From assembly GCA_038133485.1 (NCBI GenBank), contig JAYPTH010000002.1, forward strand, positions 13,899 through 77,898: a stretch of 64,000 nt of DNA. The letters run 5' to 3'. Within the stretch, counting starts at the first letter, position 1; every line of letters begins with the position of its first letter. The notes under the pieces are model-generated. The model saw nothing but the letters and a program-made list of their open reading frames with translations. It had not been told where the DNA came from and did not search any database. The stretch is from Gammaproteobacteria bacterium (GTDB lineage: Bacteria > Pseudomonadota > Gammaproteobacteria > Magnimaribacterales > TMED112). This document shows positions 45,818 through 54,258 of the stretch, piece by piece. Position numbers and translations under genes: made by a program.

Positions 45818-47895
45818 TTTCCCAAAATATAATCTTTCATAACTGGGAACATAGCTTTCATATCCTCATCTCTACCATAGGTATGTCCCAACCTTGACAT
45901 TGTAAAGGCTTGATAGGGTTTTTCAGCTGCTTTAAGTGCCTCTTTCATTAAATCTAAATGCACTATTGGAGCAATCTGATCTTGCAACCCTGTCCACATC
46001 ATAATTCTGGTATCCATCTTGTCAGCGTTAAAGACTGGAGAATGGTCAATAAGCTTCTCAACGTTATTCCCAAGATATTTTTCCATTGTTTCATCGTAAT
46101 CGTCTTGTCTGGTATAAATACTATCATCTGTGCCGTCTCTGAGCATTTTGAGGTCAAAAACTCCCATCATTCCCAGTACACACTCATATATTTTTGGATA
46201 TTTGTATGACATTGCTAGTGCAGCATAGCCGCCAAAGCTAGCACCACCCACACAGGTATTGGCTCTGGAAAGCCCAAGCTCTTTTTGAACTTGAATTGTA
46301 GCAGAAGCAATATCATCCATGATCATGCTGCCCCACTCAGTATATGCTTGTTCCATATAGTTAAGCCCGTAACCACCCGAGCCCCTAAAGTTTACTTTTA
46401 ATACTGCAATACCTTTGCTTGCTAGATACTGTTCAAAGGGATCGTAGGAATCATAATCACGCGGTCCATAGGGTCCACCATGAACGTAAACAAAAAGTTT
46501 TTCGATCTTATTTTTAGGTTTTGTTAAATAACCATAGATATTTTTTCCATCTTTAGTTGTAAAAACTTTAGACTCATTCTTATGCAATTTTTCTTTCGGA
46601 ACATTTGAAGCTGTGACTAGGAAATTAAGGCTGCCTCTTTTTAAATCTAGAACGAATATATCTGAAATAGATGAAGAATCACTAACAGCAAGTAAAGCCT
46701 TATCATTACTATCGGTCCAGTTGCCAAAAGAAATAGTCTTATCTGGAAAACTTTGGGTTAAACTTCCAAGAATCTGTGCATCACGAGTTTCTGAATCAAA
46801 ATATAAAAAATCTTTTTTACCTTCACATTCCATTTGCACGGCATAGGGTGAAGAATTATTTAAAGATTGGAAGCCACTCAATAAAGAATGACAAGTTTTA
46901 TCACTTGCTCGATATAGCTTTTTAGAATCGATATCTAAGATAGAAATTCCTTGAGTATCTCCACTTGGATCGCCAGCTAGCCATAACTTAGAATCGCTAA
47001 ACCCTAAAACATCATAATTTTCTAAGTCGATATCAATTTTAGTTGAATCCTTATCAGCCAAATGAGCATATATATTTTCGTTATCATTGGAAAAAGTTAA
47101 GACCGGTTGCTTATCGCCATTGACGATGAAAATTTGAGGATCATTGCAAAAATTTGTTGATCTGTATTTTAGTTTGAACTGACAAGGAACTTTAGAAACA
47201 TAAATATTTTCACCTCTTGATGAAGTGCCTTTTTTATCAAGCCTTATCTTTCGTAAATTAGCATACCTAAAGCCTCTCTTGTATTCAGCAACTGAAATTA
47301 AAATGTGGTCATCATCATATCTTGAAATAAATGTGGCAACTTTATATCTCTCTTGAAAGTTTTGTGTAGATTTTCTTCCAACAGCCTCGAATGGGTATAA
47401 GAATGCTCTAAATTCATTGGTATTTAAGTCGTAGATTTTGTAGATCCCAAGTGAGAAAAACACCTCGCCTTCAATGAAGTTATACTCTTTGCCACAAAGC
47501 TCTACTAATAGAAATCTATTTGATGCCCACTCGAAGTTGCATAAGAAAAGAGCTCTAACACCTAAATCAGGATCACCTTTTGAATTATCTACAGCAAGCT
47601 TTGCAACAGCAGAACCTTCTAAACCTAAGGTATAAAATTTTTCTAGATCCGATATGATTATCCCTTGTGTAAATTCTTCACTATCACTCTGAAGGGCTAT
47701 ATGCTTGCCATCTGGAGATAATTTAATATCACTAACAAACGTAGGTTTTACATATAAATCTAAATCAGGATCACTGCCCTCTTCATAATTAAATTTTTTT
47801 GGGTCAATGTTTTCAATATCCTGTACCCAGCCATATTCAGTCATAGCAAATAGGCTTATAAAATATAAAAGAAAAAATCTCATAGGTTTGATCAT
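45814..47895 (-). CDS. S9 family (prolyl oligopeptidase / acylaminoacyl peptidase-like) serine peptidase, secreted
   Basis: A long beta-propeller-like N-terminal region. The C-terminal alpha/beta hydrolase has nucleophile GGASFGGY and a late GHTY His. The start at 47895 (MIKPMRFFLLYFISLFA signal peptide) is preferred over 47943. Confidence 0.8.
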   Translation of the reverse strand: MIKPMRFFLLYFISLFAMTEYGWVQDIENIDPKKFNYEEGSDPDLDLYVKPTFVSDIKLSPDGKHIALQSDSEEFTQGIIISDLEKFYTLGLEGSAVAKLAVDNSKGDPDLGVRALFLCNFEWASNRFLLVELCGKEYNFIEGEVFFSLGIYKIYDLNTNEFRAFLYPFEAVGRKSTQNFQERYKVATFISRYDDDHILISVAEYKRGFRYANLRKIRLDKKGTSSRGENIYVSKVPCQFKLKYRSTNFCNDPQIFIVNGDKQPVLTFSNDNENIYAHLADKDSTKIDIDLENYDVLGFSDSKLWLAGDPSGDTQGISILDIDSKKLYRASDKTCHSLLSGFQSLNNSSPYAVQMECEGKKDFLYFDSETRDAQILGSLTQSFPDKTISFGNWTDSNDKALLAVSDSSSISDIFVLDLKRGSLNFLVTASNVPKEKLHKNESKVFTTKDGKNIYGYLTKPKNKIEKLFVYVHGGPYGPRDYDSYDPFEQYLASKGIAVLKVNFRGSGGYGLNYMEQAYTEWGSMIMDDIASATIQVQKELGLSRANTCVGGASFGGYAALAMSYKYPKIYECVLGMMGVFDLKMLRDGTDDSIYTRQDDYDETMEKYLGNNVEKLIDHSPVFNADKMDTRIMMWTGLQDQIAPIVHLDLMKEALKAAEKPYQAFTMSRLGHTYGRDEDMKAMFPVMKDYILGN

Positions 47896-47897
47896 AG

Positions 47898-48866
47898 TTA
47901 TTCTGCTCTGCCGTTCAAGGTGTGTAACTTGAAAAACTGCCATATTTCCTCTGAAGCAATGATATCGTAATTCGTATTAGGGGTGTTATATGGGTTTCCA
48001 GGCCATGTATGTCCAGCGCCAGAGAATGTATAAAATCTTACTTCGGAGCCTTCATCGCATCCACTCCATGCAATTTGAAATACTTGACTATTATCGCCAG
48101 GCACCAGGTCTATGTAGTCGACAATATATTGAGCAGTACAATTATTATGTTCAACCCAATAATCAATCACTTTTTGCAATGGTTCCATATTGTTTGGGAT
48201 GCCAGTCAAGGGCACAACAGTATCTTCAAGGCCATGCATTTGTAAAATAGGCACCGGACGCGATGGGTTACAATCATTATAAGTTTCAGGAGTCATGCTG
48301 CCCGTGACTGAAGCAATCGCAGCTATTCTATTGCTTAGATTACATGCTAAGTGATAACTCATAAAACCACCATTCGACATACCAGTTGAGTAAATCCTTA
48401 ACATATCAATGTTATATAAGGATGAGATAACGTTAATAAGATAATTCGTATAAGAAACGTCATCTACATCACAAGACCGTGTCCAACCACCAACACAAAA
48501 ATGTGGTGACCCAGTTAATGGCAATGGCGTACCTTGAGGATGAATTACTAAAAAACCTTCTTCATCAGCAACTTCAATCATATTGCTGTAATTCATTTGC
48601 TGCTCTGCATTACTTCCATAACCATGGAAATTAAAAACCATTGGTGTCGCTCTGTTTCTATCGTATGAATCTGGAACATAAAGAGTAAAACTCCTTAAAC
48701 GACCTTCATGGAAGATATTCTTTTTAAGAGTTCCTTTTTCATGTGGATTTATGTCAACTGGTGAAGTTGGTGTGGGTGATACTGATTCTTCATCAGCCTG
48801 CCCCCCTGCTCCACAAGCAAAAAGAATTAAAATTAATGTTATGTTTAGGTAAATATTCTTACTCAT
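47898..48866 (-). CDS. Secreted alpha/beta-hydrolase esterase lipoprotein (PHB-depolymerase / feruloyl-esterase-like family)
   Basis: Lipobox LFAC, FNFHGYG, nucleophile elbow GMSNGG, and HGLEDTVVP. Alternative start at 48878. Confidence 0.68.
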   Translation of the reverse strand: MSKNIYLNITLILILFACGAGGQADEESVSPTPTSPVDINPHEKGTLKKNIFHEGRLRSFTLYVPDSYDRNRATPMVFNFHGYGSNAEQQMNYSNMIEVADEEGFLVIHPQGTPLPLTGSPHFCVGGWTRSCDVDDVSYTNYLINVISSLYNIDMLRIYSTGMSNGGFMSYHLACNLSNRIAAIASVTGSMTPETYNDCNPSRPVPILQMHGLEDTVVPLTGIPNNMEPLQKVIDYWVEHNNCTAQYIVDYIDLVPGDNSQVFQIAWSGCDEGSEVRFYTFSGAGHTWPGNPYNTPNTNYDIIASEEIWQFFKLHTLNGRAE

Positions 48867-49443
48867 GCTTGCCAACATTCCATTCTTTTAAAATTTTCTC
48901 AGCAGATTCTTTAGCATCTGGTTCGATGCTGGTTCCCATAGTATCATTCCACCTATTTAAAAAACCAAAGAGCGCAATAACACCCATGATCTCTACAATC
49001 TCCTGATCACTCCAGTAACTTTTAAAATCAGATTCAATTTCAGACGTAACTTTTTGTGGAACTTTGCTAGCAGCCTCAGTGAAAACAAATGCCGATTTTT
49101 CTTTTGCGCTAAAACAATCAGCATTTCTAAAATCTGAAATGCTTTCAAGCCTATCTTGGGTGGCACCATATCTATCTGCAGCTCTTATGGTATGAGCTTG
49201 GCAATATCTGCACCCCGTTGCATTGCTTGAAACAAAGGCTATTAACCTTTTAAATTCAGATGTCAGATTACCTTCATTTTTCATGACAGCTTTATTTAAA
49301 TTTACAAAGGCTTCAGCTAAGCCAGGCTTAATTTGCATGGTTAAAACCGAATTAGGACAAAAGCCTAAAGTTTCATTAAAGAACTTAACTAATTCTTTTA
49401 CTTCTTTAGATTCAATATTTTTTTGTGGTTCAATAAGAGGCAT
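48859..49443 (-). CDS. Carboxymuconolactone decarboxylase (AhpD-like) family peroxidase-related protein
   Basis: AhpD-type motif CRYCQAHT. The track N-terminus (49444..49506) runs through tRNA-Val, so the start is reset to MPLIEPQ at 49443. Confidence 0.72.
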   Translation of the reverse strand: MPLIEPQKNIESKEVKELVKFFNETLGFCPNSVLTMQIKPGLAEAFVNLNKAVMKNEGNLTSEFKRLIAFVSSNATGCRYCQAHTIRAADRYGATQDRLESISDFRNADCFSAKEKSAFVFTEAASKVPQKVTSEIESDFKSYWSDQEIVEIMGVIALFGFLNRWNDTMGTSIEPDAKESAEKILKEWNVGKHE

Positions 49444-49461
49444 TAAAAGATTATATAACAA

Positions 49462-49538
49462 TGGTAGACCCGATTGGACTTGAACCAACGACCTCTGCCA
49501 TGTCAAGACAGCGCTCTAACCAGCTGAGCTACGGGTCT
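49462..49538 (-). tRNA. tRNA-Val (anticodon GAC)
   Basis: The reverse complement AGACCCGTAGCTCAGCTGGTTAGAGCGCTGTCTTGACATGGCAGAGGTCGTTGGTTCAAGTCCAATCGGGTCTACCA gives a cloverleaf with anticodon loop TTGACAT. Confidence 0.92.
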
Positions 49539-49571
49539 AGGATTAATAAATTTAACTCATTAATAAAAAAT

Positions 49572-50453
49572 TTAAAACTTTAATTTTTTTTCCTTATCCC
49601 ATATACCCCAGAAAGCACCAACATCACCTTCATCGCCAACTTTCCATGGCTCATCAAAACTGGAGAAAAAGAACATATCGATATCATCTTCTAGTGACCA
49701 TAATTGTGCAGCAATAAAGTATCTAAGATAATTTTCATAAGAAGGCTGTGCTGCGTCTAAATTACTGCCTGCACTAGGCCAGCCTGTTTCAGTAATTATT
49801 ACTGGTTTTCCATTGCCTGCTTTAACTGCTTGCATATACATCTCCTTCATATACAAAAGTGAATATTCTGCTCTACAGCCTTCCCAGAACGGGTAGCAAT
49901 TTGCCAAGATTACCTCACAAGCTTCTGATAGTGCTGGTCTATTCGTAAATTCATAATATGCGTCAACATAACCGACCGGGACATTTACTTTTGATTTAAC
50001 TTCATTGATATATTGAATTAATTGCTCTTCAGATAGTTCTTTTCTGTATAAAACTTCATTACCTACTGCAGCAACATCAACATAACCCTCATTACAAAGC
50101 TCAACTAATTTAACTATTTCGATTTCATTCTTTTTTTCATCATCACTTAACCAAGCGCCAACCAAGGTTTTAAATCCTGCTTCTTTAGCCAAAGGAGGAA
50201 TAAGCTCATTATCTTCTGAACATGAAAAAGACCGGCACCACTGGAAATAGGGTTTTAGGAAATTTAGTTTATCTTTAATGCCATTAGGGTCCAATCTGTC
50301 ACCAGGTCTTTGGTTTTCATCATATGGACTAAAGCAAATACCATGCAACTTAGCATCCAATAAATCACGTGCAGCTTTCTTAAGTTCTTCTAAGTTAAGC
50401 TTATTAAGATCTGCTCCTGCTAATGAGAGAAATTTTTCTTTTCTAAAACTCAT
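49572..50453 (-). CDS. Glycoside hydrolase family 17 protein (beta-1,3-glucanase / transglycosylase), no signal peptide
   Basis: 293 aa. GH17 motifs AAVGNEV (acid/base Glu), IITETGWPSAG (nucleophile Glu) and FFSSFDEPWK. The N-terminus is hydrophilic. Confidence 0.8.
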   Translation of the reverse strand: MSFRKEKFLSLAGADLNKLNLEELKKAARDLLDAKLHGICFSPYDENQRPGDRLDPNGIKDKLNFLKPYFQWCRSFSCSEDNELIPPLAKEAGFKTLVGAWLSDDEKKNEIEIVKLVELCNEGYVDVAAVGNEVLYRKELSEEQLIQYINEVKSKVNVPVGYVDAYYEFTNRPALSEACEVILANCYPFWEGCRAEYSLLYMKEMYMQAVKAGNGKPVIITETGWPSAGSNLDAAQPSYENYLRYFIAAQLWSLEDDIDMFFFSSFDEPWKVGDEGDVGAFWGIWDKEKKLKF

Positions 50454-51859
50454 CGATTGTTTTGTTGTAATAGGCCTCTAATGCGATTGGCTTCAGCTTC
50501 ATCAATTTCATAATCCTTCATGACATAGATTGCTAAGAGTGTTCCTGTAATTGGAATCAAAGTATAGGCAAGCCTTAATCCATTTACCGCTTCTTCTGTT
50601 TGAACACCTGCATCAGGGTTAAAACCAACAAAAGACATAATCAGGCCTGTAAAAAGACCAGCGATAGCTGTTCCAAACTTTACCATCCACCAATAAACTG
50701 CTCCGAAAATGCCCTCCTTGCGGGGCAGCCCATTTTTATGCTCTTCGTAATCACATACATCAGCGGTCATACTCATCATTACGGTGAATAAGCTACCAAT
50801 ACCAAATGAGAAAAATGGTAATGCATATAAAAATAAATAAGGTTTGCCAGGAATAAACAGAAACCAGAAAAGGATGTAACCAATAATCGAAATAGATTGA
50901 GATATTAGAAAAGCTTTCTTCTTACCAAAAATTTCTGACATTCTTGTAACAAGTGGAATAACCACAAAAGTTGTAACCAAGGCTCCAACACTGCCGTGCA
51001 AAGTAGGCCAGATGCCAGCTGCACCAGCATCACCATTAAATAAATACCAAACAATGATAAAAAAAGAAAATGCAGCTATGGTTTGGAATGTATTAAAAAT
51101 TAAAAAAGTGGCAATACATAACTTTCTGAAAGGTTTATTTTCATAAGCTGCAACAAAACTTGTAAGGATGTTCTGCGTGGCTTTTCCTAGATTTTTGCTA
51201 TTAATGGGCTCCAGATTCTCATCATCCAATGTTGATTTTGTTTTGACCAATAGGGCAGGAATGATAGCTATCACTGTGCAAACAATAGCTACATAAATAG
51301 AAAGCTCCCTAGTTGCAGATTCAGCAGATTCAAATAATTCAGGATCATAAATGATGACCCAAAACCAAGGGGCGATAACCCACGCCCATTGCCCACAAAA
51401 CTGAGCTATTGCCATCAGTCGTGTCCGCTCATGAAAATCAAAACTCATTTCATAGCCCATTGCTACATACGGAATACTAAAAATGGTTAATCCAAAATAA
51501 AAAACCAACGATAAACTTAAGAAATACCAGAAGTTATAAGTTATGCCATTTGATTCATAGAGCTGCCACATGAATGAAAATGAAATGCCCATTATTAGTG
51601 CACCCAATAAAATATATTGACGCCTTTTGCCCCACTTTGATTTAGTGTTATCTGATATAAAACCCATTAAAGGGTCTGTGATAGCATCAAAAAGTCTAGG
51701 TATAAAAAATATAATGCCCCAATAGATTGGATCAAAGCCAAGATCTTGAACCAATACAACCATAAAGATTCCAAGAGTGGCCGGAAACATTTGATTTGCA
51801 AATTGGCCTATACCAAACGCAATTTTCTGACTAAGTGGAATATAGTTTTCGTTATTCAT
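50450..51859 (-). CDS. Glycoside-pentoside-hexuronide (GPH):cation symporter family transporter
   Basis: 469 aa, 12 TM. GPH signature DAITDPLMGFISDNTKSKWGKRRQY, as in the MelB family. Confidence 0.85.
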   Translation of the reverse strand: MNNENYIPLSQKIAFGIGQFANQMFPATLGIFMVVLVQDLGFDPIYWGIIFFIPRLFDAITDPLMGFISDNTKSKWGKRRQYILLGALIMGISFSFMWQLYESNGITYNFWYFLSLSLVFYFGLTIFSIPYVAMGYEMSFDFHERTRLMAIAQFCGQWAWVIAPWFWVIIYDPELFESAESATRELSIYVAIVCTVIAIIPALLVKTKSTLDDENLEPINSKNLGKATQNILTSFVAAYENKPFRKLCIATFLIFNTFQTIAAFSFFIIVWYLFNGDAGAAGIWPTLHGSVGALVTTFVVIPLVTRMSEIFGKKKAFLISQSISIIGYILFWFLFIPGKPYLFLYALPFFSFGIGSLFTVMMSMTADVCDYEEHKNGLPRKEGIFGAVYWWMVKFGTAIAGLFTGLIMSFVGFNPDAGVQTEEAVNGLRLAYTLIPITGTLLAIYVMKDYEIDEAEANRIRGLLQQNNR

Positions 51860-51913
51860 GGTTTATGAAGTCGCCATTATATTGTGAAATGCTATTTTGG
51901 AAAAGTAAGTAAC

Positions 51914-53065
51914 TCATGATGGCGGGTGATGAACATCTTGAGTTAGATTCACCATATTTCCTTCGTATGTTTTTCTTATTTTATTTCCATTTCTGTGTAA
52001 TCCCTCAAATTTTCCTGCATCTACCTGATCCCACATTATGTACTTTGCTTTTCCATCGACAGTAAATAAGCCGAAATGGTTTTCAGAGCCCAGAGGGTTT
52101 GAAAAATCTTTCCATGGCTCATCAAAAGCTGAAAAATAAAAACATTTAACACCCAACTTATCGCATCTTTCTTTCATGAAATTATAATAAAGTGCCTGTT
52201 TGTATTCATCTGCTGCTCTGGTGCCATCAGCTCCATACTGATCAGTAGACACGCTTGCCCACCCCGTCTCACCAATATGAATTTCTTTCTTAACGCCAAT
52301 CCTATCAATGTAATTTTGAACCAGTTGGTACTGACTAATTGAGTAATCAGCAGCTCTTCTCATTGCAGTTTTAATTAAGTCATCTTTATCTCTATAGCTT
52401 GAGGATTTAGTTACCCAAAATTGAGGGTTATAAAATGTGTCGTGGAATGGATAGGTATGCATAGAAATGTAATCGACATTGTTTGCAAGCTCTTCAAGGG
52501 TTTTGCTCTGATAGCATTCCTCTCCTCCCCAGGATGCAAAGTTATCTGAGCTAGTAATCCATATTCCGGATGATAATTTTTTAGCTTTCTTTAAATCTTG
52601 AAGATAGTTAACCCACTTTAAGATGACAGAGTGTGGGACAAAATATGTTTCCGCCCATCGAATAGTGGCTTCATTACCTACTGAAATAATCTTAACAATA
52701 TCTGGATATTGATTGGCTAATCGCACAGCCTCATTTATTTCATAAAAATTCTTTTCTTGATCTTCTTTTTCATGATTTGGATGCTCTGTCCAAGCCCCTT
52801 CACAATCAATCCAAGCACCGAGCATCACATACATTTCAAAAGAAGGGTCAGCTGTTTTGAGCTCGCTTATGGCACGCAAAAGATTTTTAGCTTCCGCAAA
52901 ATGAACATTGTAAGTTCTCAAGATTTTATATCCGATAGATTGCAGTATCTTGAGATCTTCTTTAATTTCACCTATGGTCGGCTGGATATCTCTTGAGTTA
53001 TGGCGATAGCCGCCATAAGAGATTGCTGAATAGTTTTTATTCCTTAAGATTTCCCCCACATCCAT
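51914..53065 (-). CDS. GH17-like glycoside hydrolase, no signal peptide
   Basis: 383 aa. Motifs SVGNEA, HIGETGWAS and YFSAFDEPWK parallel the GH17 catalytic motifs. Hydrophilic N-terminus. Confidence 0.68.
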   Translation of the reverse strand: MDVGEILRNKNYSAISYGGYRHNSRDIQPTIGEIKEDLKILQSIGYKILRTYNVHFAEAKNLLRAISELKTADPSFEMYVMLGAWIDCEGAWTEHPNHEKEDQEKNFYEINEAVRLANQYPDIVKIISVGNEATIRWAETYFVPHSVILKWVNYLQDLKKAKKLSSGIWITSSDNFASWGGEECYQSKTLEELANNVDYISMHTYPFHDTFYNPQFWVTKSSSYRDKDDLIKTAMRRAADYSISQYQLVQNYIDRIGVKKEIHIGETGWASVSTDQYGADGTRAADEYKQALYYNFMKERCDKLGVKCFYFSAFDEPWKDFSNPLGSENHFGLFTVDGKAKYIMWDQVDAGKFEGLHRNGNKIRKTYEGNMVNLTQDVHHPPS

Positions 53066-53073
53066 AATAAAAT

Positions 53074-54081
53074 TTACTCTTGATTATATATTTCTTTTAC
53101 CACCTCAAAAGTTAGCTTCTTTTTTCTATCAATATCTACTATTCCCCAGTATTCCTCATTTGCAGAACCGTCATATGGGACACCACCACTGTTTGGAGCT
53201 GCTCCACCTTTATCCTGCTGACTAGGATTGCCTGCTTTCCACCAGCCATCCGTAAATTGAAACAACATTACTCCCGCATTGTGTTTTTTATTTTTGAAAA
53301 TTTCTTTCAAAATATTCTTGTTAGCATCTGCTTGAGCCTCTTGGCTTTCACCTTGAAGATAACCAAGTTGAGATGTAGTCATATAACTATCACCACCTGC
53401 CTCTGAGTAATACATGGGCTTCTTTACTTTTTGCAGCCTCCATTCTCGTAATATAGAGGCAGGCTTATCCCATCGATAAACATTCATTCCCCAGATATCT
53501 ATATTTTTTCCATATTCAAGAACATCATCCTGAGGTAGCTCACCATGAGCAGTTGAGACTGGTCTTGTTTCATCAATGATTTGCACAATACCTGCTGCAA
53601 TGTCCAAAGTCTTATACCAAATACTAATATCTCCTCCAAACCATTCTGGGTGGTAGTTGTATTCATTACCCAGCTCCCAAAGCAAGATCGCATTGTGTTC
53701 CTTATATTTTTGGATGTATTCAACAAAACCTCCTGTGACAATATCAAAAGAATCTGGGTTGTTGTAGCCAAAACTAATGATTACTTTAAGCCCAGCTTCA
53801 TCAATTGCATTCAGCACACTTAGGTCATCTATGGGCTCATAAACTCTTATGGTATTAATTCCGGCTTCAACCATTAGCTCAAGATCTTGCTCTAAATTTG
53901 CAAAGCTCCTTTTGGTTTCACCGATAGGTACTGGGTGATAACAAATTCCTTTCATAAAATACATATCGCCATTGATATGAATGTGATTGCCTTTAATAGA
54001 AATTGCATCACGGGCAAAATTTTCTAGAGAAATGCTTATAACAAAAAATATAAAAAACTTTCTGAGAATCTGATTAACCAC
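53074..54081 (-). CDS. Secreted clan GH-A (TIM-barrel) glycosidase, family not assignable by eye
   Basis: 335 aa. Signal peptide MVNQILRKFFIFFVISISLENFA. Candidate acid/base Glu in WELGNEYNY and candidate nucleophile Glu in YYSEAGG. Also INTIRVYEP and WGMNVYRW. Confidence 0.55.
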   Translation of the reverse strand: MVNQILRKFFIFFVISISLENFARDAISIKGNHIHINGDMYFMKGICYHPVPIGETKRSFANLEQDLELMVEAGINTIRVYEPIDDLSVLNAIDEAGLKVIISFGYNNPDSFDIVTGGFVEYIQKYKEHNAILLWELGNEYNYHPEWFGGDISIWYKTLDIAAGIVQIIDETRPVSTAHGELPQDDVLEYGKNIDIWGMNVYRWDKPASILREWRLQKVKKPMYYSEAGGDSYMTTSQLGYLQGESQEAQADANKNILKEIFKNKKHNAGVMLFQFTDGWWKAGNPSQQDKGGAAPNSGGVPYDGSANEEYWGIVDIDRKKKLTFEVVKEIYNQE

Positions 54082-54258
54082 TTTAAGAATTTAAACTATA
54101 TCTGCTTATTCATCCATAGAATGTGAAAATTTTAACCATAAAAAAATTTTTGCATTATCAGGTAATTGAAAAAAATTTTGGAGAAAAATTAAATCCGTGC
54201 ATAATGACAAATTGCTTAATAAAATAAATTTTCAGAAATCCAGACTACTAAAATAATA

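Noticed and set aside
54082-54258. Repeated AAAATTTT / AAAAATTTTT tracts in the divergent intergenic region of the glucan locus as operator sites.
   Set aside because: These are simple A/T-tract palindromes, typical of curved promoter DNA in AT-rich genomes. There is no specific conserved motif and no regulator gene in the locus.
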